This document shows positions 36,578-49,105 of a stretch of DNA of 64,000 nt, piece by piece; position 1 is the stretch's first letter, and each line of letters starts with the position of its first letter. The notes under the pieces were generated by a model that was not told the DNA's origin, searched no databases, and was given only the letters and a program-made list of their open reading frames with translations. Location of the stretch: contig CP089280.1 of NCBI GenBank assembly GCA_023920165.1, positions 2,170,001-2,234,000 of the forward strand. The letters run 5' to 3'. The position numbers were made by a program, and so were the translations under genes. This DNA is from Curvularia clavata (lineage: Eukaryota).

Positions 36578-38770
36578 ATGGCGAGCCCAAAGTCCAAAAG
36601 AAAGCCCGCGTCAGGTAGAAGACCTCATCCGGAGTCTCAGCATGCGTCAACTCTGAGAAGGCGCGTTTCCTTGGGCTTCGACACTTTCATGTCAGTTGTG
36701 CCACTGCGAAAAACAACTCCACAGCAGGAGCCGTATCTATGTGCAACCACTGCACCTTTGCCCACTCGACCGCTTCTGTCGCAGGGCATTAGTTCTCCAC
36801 AAGTTACTGAACGACAGATCCTGAATCCCCAAATACACTTGCCTTCTTTGGCCGAATCTCAAGAACCATGTCCCTATGACCAGACCAAATACCACTCATT
36901 TCGGAGCATCGAGCGCTCAAGGTGTACCTTTTGTGGTATGCGATCATCCAGACCTAGGTCAAGTGAGCCTTGCAAAGCGTGTCGTTCCAAGAGTCCTTTC
37001 TCACACATCAAACCAGCTTTCCGATCAAAACCAATGTCTGCAAGTAGTGGAGTAAGATCCCCAAGCCCAGAATGTCAGCCAAGATACAGTTATTCGTCTG
37101 ATGAATGCCCACGCATCGTTCCTCCTGAGATTGCAGCAAAGCGAATCGGCAATCCTCCAAGGAGGGCAAAACTGCCTGTACCGCGTCAAGGTGCCATCAA
37201 CAACATCCTTAATCCGCCTCCAAATCATCCCGCATCTCATTCTACAAAACAAAGTTCTGGATCCTTTAGTGAGGGTGCTCTTGAGAGCGAGCAAGTGAGA
37301 GCTGCTAGCCCCAAACTGCATTATCTCCACGGCTTACCTGACTCCGAGGCATACCCTTACGTTCATAAAAGGGAAGTCCAGCAGCACTTCGCTACCATAC
37401 GCGCTGGTGCATCGAGTCCCCTGGCAGACTTTGCAAATGCTGTTCAACAGAAGGAGCAGAATCAGAGTATCGATTTCTCTGAGACGATCTACTACGGAAG
37501 GATACCTAAACCAGCGCTAGTAAGTGACGTCCACAAGCCGTTCCCAGAGCAAGCAAGGCGTACCAATGTCTTCGTGGAGCATACGATGGTAGTAGGCGGG
37601 CACGTTCTCACTGAACGGTCGCGATCGGAACGGCAATGTAGTGTCAGTGAGCAGTCGTACGGCAGTCCTGTGCCTGCAAGAAGGTCTCCACTACGGCCGA
37701 CACAACAGCCACGTGTCGAGAGAGCATTCAACAACGGCGAAAATCAGGGTATTGCATCCACGGGCGAGACACCTCACGAAAACATAAGCTCAAAATTCAG
37801 AACTGACTTGGAGGCCAAGACTCCCCTGGGGTTGAGAGGCGGAGGTGGGAACGACAATGCATACTCTCCTGGATGCGGGTTTCTATTCAAGCAGTTACTT
37901 CTCACGTGTCGCAGGCCCCGACGTGACATGTCGGATATGAGTAGTGACGATGATGACGTCCCTCCGAGAATACCAGACCCGGTGCAGATTGCCCGAAGGA
38001 AACGCAAATCACAGGGTACTGCTCGTCTTCCCAAACACATTGTACGAGGATGCGAACCTCAAGCCACACCAAGTAAGACGATAGTGTCGGTCAGCAACGG
38101 CGATGCTGAAATTATATCACCACCCAATGTTGAAGTTATACCACTGCCGCGCAGAGTCACCTTCGCGCCCACATACAAACCACCACGCCCCCTTATATGC
38201 AGCTTACCTTCGTTCATCCGTTTCTCTGCTCCTCATCCCCCCAACCCACATCAAACCCAAAGATTCTCTTTTAACCACGCTTCTCTGAATTCTCAGTCCG
38301 CGACTTCCATCACCCCTTGCCTGAGAGGCGGCGCCGGCTCACCATCTACCCTCCGTGACGACCAGAATCTGCCTCCGACACTCTTCTGGCTTGCGGGCGG
38401 TGACAGATGCAAGCCTATGCGGACAGAGAGCTGGAAAGCGCAGAGGCCCAGGGTGAGGAGGGCCGGGCTGCTGGGGTGGGCGGTGCATGGACTGCAAGCT
38501 GGGAAGGTGTATGGAAAAGCGGGTGGTGTGTCAGGTGGAGGGGAAGAGAAGTATGGGGATGGGGTGCGAAAGGAGGGAGTTGAAGCTGGGAGTGGAGAGA
38601 ATGTTGAGGTTTCTGGGGGCAGGGATGGGAAGAAAGATGAGAAGTCAAGTCCAGAGGGTGATTCGAGTGCCGTGGGAAAAACAGAGGTGGAGAGGGCAAA
38701 AGGGGACGCAGCTTTGGATCCTGTGCCAGAAGTTGCTGAAGGAGATGGCGGTGCTGGCTCGGGGCAGTGA
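36578..38770 (+). CDS. 730-aa mostly disordered protein with CxxC..CxxC and two LRGG motifs
   Basis: Long intronless ORF, rich in S/P/R; CTFC..CKAC; LRGG at 37832-37843 and 38321-38332. Confidence 0.8.
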   Translation: MASPKSKRKPASGRRPHPESQHASTLRRRVSLGFDTFMSVVPLRKTTPQQEPYLCATTAPLPTRPLLSQGISSPQVTERQILNPQIHLPSLAESQEPCPYDQTKYHSFRSIERSRCTFCGMRSSRPRSSEPCKACRSKSPFSHIKPAFRSKPMSASSGVRSPSPECQPRYSYSSDECPRIVPPEIAAKRIGNPPRRAKLPVPRQGAINNILNPPPNHPASHSTKQSSGSFSEGALESEQVRAASPKLHYLHGLPDSEAYPYVHKREVQQHFATIRAGASSPLADFANAVQQKEQNQSIDFSETIYYGRIPKPALVSDVHKPFPEQARRTNVFVEHTMVVGGHVLTERSRSERQCSVSEQSYGSPVPARRSPLRPTQQPRVERAFNNGENQGIASTGETPHENISSKFRTDLEAKTPLGLRGGGGNDNAYSPGCGFLFKQLLLTCRRPRRDMSDMSSDDDDVPPRIPDPVQIARRKRKSQGTARLPKHIVRGCEPQATPSKTIVSVSNGDAEIISPPNVEVIPLPRRVTFAPTYKPPRPLICSLPSFIRFSAPHPPNPHQTQRFSFNHASLNSQSATSITPCLRGGAGSPSTLRDDQNLPPTLFWLAGGDRCKPMRTESWKAQRPRVRRAGLLGWAVHGLQAGKVYGKAGGVSGGGEEKYGDGVRKEGVEAGSGENVEVSGGRDGKKDEKSSPEGDSSAVGKTEVERAKGDAALDPVPEVAEGDGGAGSGQ

Positions 38771-38921
38771 GACAAGAAGTAGCTGTTCTATAGATGTATG
38801 CTGACGGCCGAGTAATTGATCTGGATGGGTACATCTAATTTAGTACGCTTTTTGATTCCTTTTAGGAAATATCTTACAAAACACTGATCTTGAATGTCAA
38901 AAGTCCAACTCCTGCGAGTTC

Positions 38922-39965
38922 TCATTTGGACTCCTTATTCTGCTCCTGGGCAGAATTCTGGCGCTGAGCCTCCATCTCCGCTGCCTGCTTCCTCAACATC
39001 TCAATCTTATCATCAATCATAGCAATGTCCACCTCCACCCTCAGAATCTTCTCCTGCATCATCTTCTTGTACTCCTCATCACTCAATGCCTGCATCGGAC
39101 TCCACTTGCTCTGTGCAATCTTCCACATGAGCGACTCCTTGGGCTTGTCTTCGCCTCTAGCTCTCAACTCCGCCTGCTCTTGCAAGTACCCAGAGTTCCT
39201 CGCATCTAGGTAGTTATATCCGTGCTGTCCTAGCCACCCCATGAGACTGAACATGATAGTACCTGGGATGACATTGCGGTAGCCTCGGAATAGGAAGCCA
39301 AGAGAGAATCCGGTCGAGGCCCCCGCGATAGTTGAGGCGCGGACCTTGTCAGAAGGAGATGGGTTCAGGTCATTCCGGGGTTGGAGGGGGCCGCCTCGGG
39401 TAATATTCCACCAATTCAAGAGGCCATTTTGGTTGAGGAGAGAGGTCCGGATGCCCCAGTAGGTGGATCCAATGGCAAACCATTGTGCTCCTGATGCGAG
39501 GGAAAATAGGATGGGCGTTTGGGTACGGATTGTGCCGTAGAAAGCGCCGATTACGGTGCCAGGAATTGCTAGATAAATTTAGTCAAAGGTGCTTTTGTTG
39601 TTGTTGTTGTCTCTTGTAGAGAAGTTCGGTCGTGATGAAGGTGGATGACAAGAATAGTGAAAAGGAAATTCAAAATGTATCAATATCCGAACATGACTTT
39701 TGTGCTAACATTCCGGTTTGGAGACAATTAGTCTCTAAATTCGTGCTGTCATGTTGGTAGGATAACAAATAAATCGTGGTGGTGCTGCGAAAACCAAAAG
39801 CAACTATTCGTGCATTCATGTCGGGCATAAAGTAACCATGCATACCACCATTACGTCAAGAGATGAGTCGAGTAAATACGTACCTGAGGCTCCACCAACC
39901 AAGGCCGCCTGTCTGGCAACCTCCAGAGGCTGTGTGACCTGCGCTGGGTCATATTTGCGGCTCAT
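38922..39965 (-). CDS. Tim17/Tim22-like membrane protein with C-terminal coiled coil; intron about 39570-39884
   Basis: Gly-rich TM segments (GTVIGAFYG, AGASTGFSLG, IPGTIMFSLMGWLGQ) and KWSPMQALSDEEY. Family call is tentative. Confidence 0.7.
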
Positions 39966-40279
39966 CACGCTCTCATGGATGCAATACCGGGCTCGTGATG
40001 CAGGGCAAAACTAATATCGAGGTGAATCTAGATCGCATGCGCGTTTGCGTTGCATGGATGCCAGAGGAACAGGAATTTCGGATGACATAAGCGAGGCCCA
40101 ACGGACGCACAGCTTAAGATTTCCGTTCGGGAAAGAAGAACTCACCCCACACACGAAACTACGGACACCCCCCCGCAGCCAAAAGAACAACCCGACCGAG
40201 AGTACACGACGCTCTCAGCACTCGAACCAGACAGCGCGCGGAAAAAATCCTTGCGCGCCTAGTCTGCCAAACCGCAATC

Positions 40280-42271
40280 ATGGGTATGTGGCCTCGGAGT
40301 GCGCGAATTGTAGCCGTTACTCGCCAGTGGGCTTTTTTTTGCCCCGCTTTGTACGGCGACGACGATGAGAGCGCACATGGCTAACAGCGAGATTTACAGC
40401 GCCCAAGAAGAAGGAACAGCAGAAGATGTCCCTGGGAGACTTCCTAGGCGACCAGAGTACGCCCCCCGCGGACCTGCTTTAGGCACCGCAGAGGACTGAC
40501 AAGACGCAGCACTGGGATCATGGGCTGATGAAATGGAGGATGCGCCAATGCCTGGTGAGTTTCTCTCTGTCACACTCGACAATGGCCTTGGATGCTGACT
40601 TTTGCAGGCACTGGTAAATTGTACCCCGCCGATACTGGCAGCGCGACTGTGCCTCGTTACGGACACTAACGCCCTTGTAGGTGCTGGCGGCCGCTCTGGA
40701 TATGGAGGCGACAGGCCCACATTCGGATCTGGAGGTGGCTTTGGCGGTGACCGTGCCAGCAGCTTCGGTGGGTAAATGTCCGCAAGAGTTTCTTTTGCAT
40801 GCGCTGATGACTCTGCAGCTGACCGCGGATTCGCAACTCGTGAGGCTCTTCCCCTCCCCTCGAAGCCCCCGTACACTGCCCATCTGGGTAACCTCTCTTT
40901 CGACGCCACCGAGGGTGACGTAACCGACTTCTTCGCTGGCTGCGAAGTCACCAATGTTCGCATTGTCGAGGACAAGCTGGACCGAAAGCCAAAGGGCTTT
41001 GGATATGTCGAATTCGGCAGCGTAGATGGATTGAAGAAGGCTCTTGATCTCTCTGGCACATCGTTCCAAGGCAGGAATATCCGTGTCAGCGTCGCTGAAC
41101 CTCGTAAGCTACACTCCTTGTCCATGATCTGACACAGCTAACTGACAGTGTAACAGCCAAGGACCGCCCAGAAGCCCGAGATATCTCTGACTGGACCCGC
41201 AAGGGACCACTTCCCGACCTTCCAGGTCAACGCAGCAGCTCTGGACGAGGCGGCTTCGGTGCGGGCCGCGACCGTGGCTTTGATGCAGGATCAGATGCCG
41301 GTGGTGAGCGTCGCCGCCCGCCTCCATTCGAAAGCGACGGCAAGTCCCGAGACTTTGGCAACTGGGAACGCCGTGGTCCTCTCTCACCAGTCGCTGCGCC
41401 TCCCAGCGAAAGCGGCCGTGCACGAGGCTTCGAAGGCGCACCCCGTGAGGGACGCAGGCAATCTCCAGCCTGGGGCGAAGGCCAAGGTGCTGAAGGCTCT
41501 CGACCCCGCCGCGAGTTCCAGGAGAGACCACAGGTTGAGAGGCAGCCTACTGCCGCAGAGGCCGACAACCAATGGCGATCCCGCATGCGCCCCGATGCAC
41601 CCGTCAAATCACCTACATCTACACCTGATGCTAGCACACCATCCTCGCCAGCCCCTCAGCCTGCCGCTCCCGCCAGTCGGCCCCGTCTGAACCTGGCCAA
41701 GCGAACAGTCTCCGAGGCCCAGCCAGGCCCTGAGTCTGCCACTCCCTCAGACAAGCCCAACCCCTTTGGTGCCGCTCGTCCCATTGACACCGCCGCTCGC
41801 GAAAAGGAGATTGAAGAGAAGAGGCAACTGGCTCTCCGTCAGAAGAAAGAGGCCGACGAGAAGGCCCGCGAAGAGCGCAAGGCAAAGGAAGCTGCGGAGA
41901 AGGCTGCACCCAAGGACTCAGCCCAGCCCACACCTACCAGGAAGGAACAGAACAGTGCCGAGGAAAAGCCCAAGGCCAACTTCGAGATCCTCCAGCGCGT
42001 TGAAGAAGGCAACTCGGCTGGCCAAGACGAGGATGCTCAAGGCGAGATTGTTCAGGACAAGGCTGTCAAGCCTCAAGAAGTTGTCCGCGACCCACCAAAG
42101 TCTGCCGGCGCAGGCTCGTGGAGGCGGCAATCTAACACACCAGCTACCCAGGGTACCACCACCACCGAGGCCATGGACGAGGACGGCTGGAGCACTGTAA
42201 CCAAGTCTACCAAGAATGTCAAGAACAACCGCCGGGGTGGAGGTGCACCAGCTCGCGCAATCGCGTCCTAG
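40280..42271 (+). CDS. TIF3: Translation initiation factor eIF4B (RRM), multi-exon with micro-exons
   Basis: MAPKKKEQQKMSLGDFL, SWADEMED, PPYTAHLGNL, KGFGYVEF, RPRLNLAKRT, NPFGAARPIDTAAREKEIEEK. Confidence 0.93.
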
Positions 42272-43250
42272 GTGGGCGTATCGACTGGCTGAGACTGGCC
42301 CGACATTCCATCTGGCCTTTACTCTATACCCAGGATGATCGCGGCGCATATATAACGGCGTGGTGGAGTCCTTTGTCTTTTCGGGCCTGCGCTGTGTGTT
42401 ACAGCCATGATTTGTTGGGCCGTCCTTTGATATTGTTGCATCAGTGTGCTACATCGTCTTCCGTCTTACGCCTCGACAAGCCTGTTCAGCCAAGCGCGAT
42501 TTGCGAGGCGTTCTGTGGCTGCTCAACCGCTGGGACGTATTATGAGCCTTCTTTCCTTTACGCCCGATCACGATGTTATTCCTTGACGCTTCTCGTCCAC
42601 AAAAGTATTGGTCTTTCCTCTTGGACCCTGCGGATCCGGTAGAACACGAGAATTGCCATATTTCTCCACTATTCCCCCGCATACAGTTCGTTTGTTGGTA
42701 AGGATGAGTAAAGCTCTCTGGTTAGTTTCCACAATGGATCTTTTTTGTTCAGTATCGGTTGAGAAGAGTGTGCAAAACTGTATTTAGCTGCGACTAGATT
42801 ATGAAAGGGTCATCCACTCCACTCAGATACAGGATCCTAGTTTTGACTTTATTCGAAAGACTGCATGCGTATTGTCTCTGGGCGACCATGGTAACCAAGT
42901 GGGCCTCAGCCGTTGTTGAACTACATGCACTAAAGCAGATGATCGTCCTTGGGTGTTGGGATGCGTCGGCAAGGGTCAGCCATGCAAGATCCCGGTCTGC
43001 ACGCCACCATACGTCAGACGTGCTTAGTTTGTGTTCCAACTCCGACATCTTGCTTTAGCACCAACCATCCCTGATATTCATCGCAGCCGAAACTTGTCTT
43101 ATGTTTGCGTAGAAGAATTATAGGAATAGTCCTGAATTGGACTCATCAAGCGCCAGCCACTCATCTTTAATTTGAGTACGGAATCGAAACCTCAGTTGTA
43201 GGTCTGCCCTGCTGGTATTGCGTCAGAGGACATAGGTGTGTTCCGGTATC

Positions 43251-44531
43251 ATGGTTTCCAAGTCCTCATCGCCAGGCCCAAACGCAACGCCTGCAACACC
43301 TACAAAGCAGACCAGATCTAGGAAGGGTAGCACCCCTAATCAGGTCGAACAAGGAAGGGCAGGCTCCGCAGGTGGTGTCGTGCTACCAAAGAAGACAGTC
43401 GCGAAAGCCCCAGCTTCGTCTGAAAAGAAAGCCAGTGCAACAATAGCAGCAAATCCAGCCACAGACGATGCGGCTACTACAGGAGCAAAGACACCAAGGA
43501 AGAGGCCTAGGAAACTCAACAAAGAGCCTACCTCAACTCCAACAGACAAGGCCAATTCCCCGACTTCTAGCAAGATTCCAAACGAAAGCCTCTCAAACGC
43601 TGAGCTCGAAGCACTGAAAGCGCGCGTCAGAGAGCTAGAGGCAAAGATGGAAGAGTTGTACAAGACAAGAGGGATTGTAGACTCTCGAGCAGGTCGCTCA
43701 CCTCGCCGGCGAGGCAAAGGGCGCAAGGCGTCATCCACTGAGCAGGTCCCCCAAGTCAAAGCAACCGAAAGCACCGCAGATACTACCGGCCCGCGCATAC
43801 AAGAGATTGTCGACAACAAAGAGGAAGAAGAAGAGGAGGCGGACGAAGAGCTCGTCCGTCTAGAAGGCGAACTAGAAGTTGCCCGTCAAGACCTCGAACA
43901 CTACCGTCCCCGAATGCGGCGAACCCGATCCACCGAAACAGACTATGTAGAAGAGATACCGCGAACACCCAGCCGAGCAGCCGGAGGAGAGCGACAAGTC
44001 ACCCTCAGCGGCAGCTACCGTATTCCTATCCCGTCCTCCGTCAACCTCGAGGATGTCCAAACAATCAAATCCGGTGTCTCAGCCGCCCAGAACCTCGCTC
44101 GGTCGTTCTTAGAACAGCGTCGTGCCGCTGCTGCTGCGGCCCGCGCCCAATCTACTGCCGCCGCCCAAGACGCGCAGTCGTCATCTTCTAGTCGTCCCTC
44201 GACAACAAAAGTCCCTCCATCCAAGACACGCGCGAAGCGCAATACGAATCCAAATACTGAAGTTGCTGTAGATAATACTGAGACTAAGCAGAGTTGGGGC
44301 GATTGGATTGGAGGGTATAGTCTTGCTATTTCGAGGGCGGTGAGCAAGATCGAGCATGAGGCTGCGGTGGAGGCGCAGATGGCTGGGGGGAGTGGTAGTG
44401 GTGGTTCCAGGTCGGCAAGACCTCAAGGCAACAGGCGCATGAGTGTGCCTACATCGAAGAAGATGGCGGGGAAGAGGCCGGCGGCTAAGCCGACGCTGAG
44501 TGCGGAGCAGGTTCATGGGCTGATGAGTTAA
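43251..44531 (+). CDS. Low-complexity coiled-coil hypothetical protein
   Basis: 426-aa intronless ORF with coiled-coil segments (ELEALKARVRELEAKMEEL). Confidence 0.8.
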   Translation: MVSKSSSPGPNATPATPTKQTRSRKGSTPNQVEQGRAGSAGGVVLPKKTVAKAPASSEKKASATIAANPATDDAATTGAKTPRKRPRKLNKEPTSTPTDKANSPTSSKIPNESLSNAELEALKARVRELEAKMEELYKTRGIVDSRAGRSPRRRGKGRKASSTEQVPQVKATESTADTTGPRIQEIVDNKEEEEEEADEELVRLEGELEVARQDLEHYRPRMRRTRSTETDYVEEIPRTPSRAAGGERQVTLSGSYRIPIPSSVNLEDVQTIKSGVSAAQNLARSFLEQRRAAAAAARAQSTAAAQDAQSSSSSRPSTTKVPPSKTRAKRNTNPNTEVAVDNTETKQSWGDWIGGYSLAISRAVSKIEHEAAVEAQMAGGSGSGGSRSARPQGNRRMSVPTSKKMAGKRPAAKPTLSAEQVHGLMS

Positions 44532-44768
44532 GGATGCGGAAGGGAAAAAAGAATGTGCAGTACTTGTTTATGCTGCTCACGGGTTGAAAATCCAGACTTG
44601 GAAGGAGTGTTGAAACGGTATAGGATTTAGGGTCTAAAAAGGTAAATGCAATATCGGGAATAGATCAACATGCCTTACTTCATGTACCAAGCGTATTTTC
44701 CATTCCTTATGTTCCGGAAGCTAATTTTGCAGCACATTCTTCTTTCTATTTCCTGGAAAAGAAATACA

Positions 44769-45859
44769 CTACTGCTCCACCTCCACCGGGCTTCCTCCCT
44801 TCTCCCCACTCCTCAAGCAGCTCTCCAAGATCTCCAGATCCTTCAGTGCCTCCTCTGGACTCTGCATCTCATTCCTCTTGCCTTGTTCCAAACTCTCCGC
44901 CCAAGCCCTAATCTCCTGCTTAACCCCATTTCCCTCATCCGGAAACTCCTTTACCTCTTCGTCCTTGCCCTCCCTCTTCACCACGACCTTTCCACGCGAA
45001 ACATGCACAACGCCCTTCTCGCACGCAACCACATACTCAGACCCCGTATCTGTCGTGCCTACAGAAATAGCCAGCGTACCCGAGTTTCCATTTTCAAGTT
45101 GCAACGTCGCATTCAGCGTGTCTACCGGTGGCAAATGCTCCTGCAGCTGCGCGGTAAAGGCGCTCACTTTCTTGACTTTCTGGCCGCCACCCTGCAGTAG
45201 TAGACGTGTAGCTGCTACAAAATGCACACCGCCGTCAAGTACGAAACCGCCCTGATGCGAGGGCTGCTTGCGCCACGACGTCTCGTAGTACTTGCTGCCC
45301 TTGGCGACGAAGAAGGTGACGCGCGAGCGGAAAGAGAGGATTCGGCCTAAAGAGGCGATTTGAGATGAGGCCCATACATACGAGTCGATGAAGCGGAAGT
45401 TCTCGGCTACGGAGTAGCGGGCGGTGGTGTTGGAGGGGTCCGTAGTCCAGGTGAGGAGGGAGCGCGCGGTGGACAGGTCGTTGGCGATGGGTTTCTCGGC
45501 CAGGACGTGCTTTCCAGCTGCGAGTGCCTTTTTGATGTAGTCGGGTTGAGCAAGGATGGGTAACCTTTGGTGTTGTGAGTGTCTGTTTTTACGCAACATT
45601 GAGTTGGTTCGAATGGGTTTACTCACGCGATGACTACGCCCTTGATGTCGTCTCGCTTGAGCAGGTCTTCAAACTTCTTGTCTGATTGATCGTCGCTGTA
45701 TAGGTCTACACCAGACAGCTTTTCAGATAGCGCTTGCGCTGATTTGAGAGAGCGAGAGTAAACTGCTTTTAGGCTCAGGCTTGGAGTAGCTTGGATAGCT
45801 GGAAGATGTTCTTCTTTGGCGAAGATGCCGCTGCCGATGAGCGCGATTCCGACTGCCAT
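44769..45859 (-). CDS. Gfo/Idh/MocA family NAD(P)-dependent oxidoreductase, one intron about 45565-45626
   Basis: IALIGSG, AGKHVLAEKP, VAENFRF, GGFVLDGGVH. Confidence 0.93.
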
Positions 45860-47244
45860 GTTCGAAGTTTCTTGGTGTTGAGTTTAGTGGGAATCCTGCA
45901 GAGTTTTGTTAGAAAGGTCAACCTATATGGTCTTCCTATCACGGCTGTATTGCGGCTAAATGGCAATTCAGGTCCACGATGGTGTTGTCTCTTCCAATTG
46001 AGTGCGTCATTCAATTACAAGCACGACATCTGCTAGACGTGATTCTACCTGCGCGGGGTACGTTCTCATCCCACACTATAGTTATGACGTCGGAAGCCAT
46101 TCCGTATTAGGCAGGGGGAACAGTTCCGCGGCCATAGCCTCTTCCATGGTGCCCTCGCGTCTGTCTTTATCAACTTTGAAGTCGTCTATTGGATATGAAT
46201 TGACCTTGGGAAATGTTTTCAGTTGTTGCCACGTGATGTGTGCTTACTTACCCTCGGCATACCGCACTTGACGAGACAATCGTTCTTAATCCTCGTCCAC
46301 ACACGACCAGACCGCGGACCTTTCCGCTGCATTGTACCTTTGGCGCCAAATGCAGATACCATAACTCAAGCTGCTGACAAACGCGTTATATGCACAAACT
46401 CTCGGATTGAGTGTCAATTTTCTGGAACGCAAGAAGCAATCTGGAATACTAGGTTTGACGTATTGAAGATCACTCCATTTACACGCCACACCAATCTAAA
46501 ACACCCTCCACTTCCCTTGTCAGCTACAAGTTCAGCCCTACATGCACCTATTAGAAGAGCCGCATAGGCGGCTCAGATACTAGCACGTTAGAGCCAGATG
46601 CGAAGATCCTTTTTAGGAACATGCCTTGGACGAGGAGGTGCGTGCATGTGTGCTATTTGCGACGTGAAAAGACGTACGTGCGCGTTCGGTCCCATGAAGC
46701 CTGGACGACAACGCAAACGCCGGATTGGACAGTTCATCGTTCCCACCCAACTGCCAGCCAATGTTTTGCCAGATATCCCAGAGACTACGCGGCTCTGTCG
46801 TACTGTCGGTGCTTTCCTGCACAGAATGTTCCGAAAGACTGAAACGCAGGCTGTGTGAGGCATAGCGCAACCCCAGACGCCTTCCCTACATCCCCCCGTT
46901 GCTTCGGCAGTTGGCTTTTTGCTGTATTTCGCTAGAGGACGATCATGATTGATGAGATGATCTTCCCTCAGATGCTTCAGCGTAGTTTCGTTGGCGCCTG
47001 GGAGGATCCTGGTCGTGATGATGTGGTGGCCTGGCAGACCTAAGGTGATAAGGCGTGATGGGTAGCACCAGATGAAATTGTAGAGCTGGGCTCATCTCTC
47101 TTTGTTCTTTGCATGTTGGTGATTTCAGTCGTTTGGTACCTTTCACTTCGATTCTCGTAGACGCAGGTCGTTTGGCACGCTGCTGGCAGCTATTTACCTT
47201 CTCACTTCTTCATACAGCGGTCACTTTGTCGTTAGCTGGTCAGG

Positions 47245-49105
47245 ATGGGCTTCGGTATTCTTGAGGATCGCCATATGGCAGCCCCTCCGGGCACGTCGAC
47301 TATCAATGATGATGGTCCGCCAGGTGAGACTGACCTATGAAAATTGAGGTGTACCCGGCTAACCGCGTCCTAGTCGACTCCAAAGTCGACTTCAGTGGTT
47401 TGAAGCGTGATGGAGACATCATTCTGCAGCCACAACCATCAGATAGTCCCAATGATCCGTTGAACTGGTGTGTTTGCTGTGAACGTAGATTTTCAACTTC
47501 TAACAATCCCAGGTCGCCCATGAGGAAAGAGTGTATCATGGTCCTCCTCGCCTTCAGTTCCGGCGTAACGACCGCGTAAGCATTCCATCTGCCGTCTAGC
47601 CCTCACATACTTACGTCTGTCCAGCCTCGGACCCATGGTCACACCAGGCCTACCACTGATCGCGAAGAAGTACAACGTGAGCATCGACATGGTATCGAGT
47701 CTCATCATCGGTTTTCTTGCCTTCTGGATCGGCTTCACAACCTTCTTCACGGCTGCTGGCGCTAATATCTGGGGAAAACGTCCACTGTTTGTGATCTCGA
47801 CTGTGATCCTTCTTGCTACGAACGTGTGGGGTTTCTTTACTAGGGTCGGTTTGTACGCAAAGCGTCGGTCAGCCATGTATCTGACGCGAAATAGTCGTTC
47901 ATTTCCCTTGCTGTCATGCGAGTGATCCAAGGTATCGCGTCAGCTCCTCTCGAGACGCTCGTCACATCGACTGTATCGGACTTGTACTTTGTCCATCAAC
48001 GAGGTACACGTATCGCAGTATGGGGCTGCATGTTGTCTGCGGGAGTGCTCCTCGGGTATGTTTGATCACTTAGGACTGATAACTGCCCAACTGACGCATA
48101 TCCAGCCAGACAATCGCAGGCGCCATCATCCAAAACGTATCGTTCGAGGCGACCTTTGGTATTTCGGCACTGATATTTATCCCGATCCTTTTCGGCATGT
48201 ACTTCATCGTCGTAGAAACTACCTACTACGGTGCTCGACCCACAGGCGGGAAGCCTGACTTCGACGATACCGATTCTATTACCCAGGCCGACGAGCCCAA
48301 ACCCACATACCGCAGCCAGCTCGCTATCTTCCGCGGCCGCCTGTCGCCCGAGTCGTTCTGGAAAAATGCATGGAAGCCTGTACCCCTGATTGCCTTTCCC
48401 GCCGTGCTCTTTAGCACCATCGTGTATGGCTCATACTTTACCTGGCTACTGACGATCTCCGTACTCTCAGTCAACATCTTCTCAGCACCACCCTACCTGC
48501 TGAACCCAGCCCAAGTAGGCATGACCAACTTGCCTCTCCTTGGCGTGGCTCTCATCGGCTCGCCGCTATCAGGCTGGACAGCCGACGCTGTGGCCAAATT
48601 TATGGCGCGCCGCAACAAGGGCATCTTTGAACCTGAATTCCGACTTACACTGATGGTCCCCGCGACAATCTTTGCAACCATTGGCTTCCTGGGCTTTGGC
48701 ATCACCACATCTCAGGGTTACCCGATTGCGTGGCCCCTGGTTTTCATGTCGATTCACTCGTTGTCAGTGCCGTTTGCCTCGACGGCGAGTCTTACGTATG
48801 TCATTGATTGCCATCCCAAAGATGCGAATCAGGCGTTTGTCACGATCAACTTTACCAAGGCAGTGTTTACATTCATCGCGACGACATATGCGAATGGCAT
48901 TATGGCCAAGGTGGGGCCGAGGATGGTGTTTGATAGCGTTACACTTATCAACTTGGCGATTTGCAGTCTGACGATTCCGGCGTACATTTATGGAAAGAGG
49001 TTCAGGAGTTTGGTGAGTCTGAGCTCTTCTTCTCTTAGATTGTTTGATTTGCTAACAGTGGAACAGGTCGCTAGGAGCTCTTTCGGGAAGAAGATCTCGG
49101 GCTAG
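47245..49105 (+). CDS. MFS transporter (DHA1/Hol1-like), multi-intron
   Basis: MGFGILED..PPGT, ILQPQPSDSPNDPLNW, WGKRP, DLYFVHQRG, GIFEPEFRL. Confidence 0.92.

Noticed and set aside
39570..39884. Unusually long intron as a snoRNA host
   Set aside because: No box C/D pair found on the sense (minus) strand.
40394..44516. Long antisense ORFs over eIF4B and the 43251-44531 gene
   Set aside because: Shadow ORFs expected from GC-rich codon usage.
47113..47160. uORF MLVISVVWYLSLRFS* upstream of the Hol1-like transporter
   Set aside because: Does not match the polyamine-responsive MLLLPS* uORF of yeast HOL1, and the transcription start is unknown.
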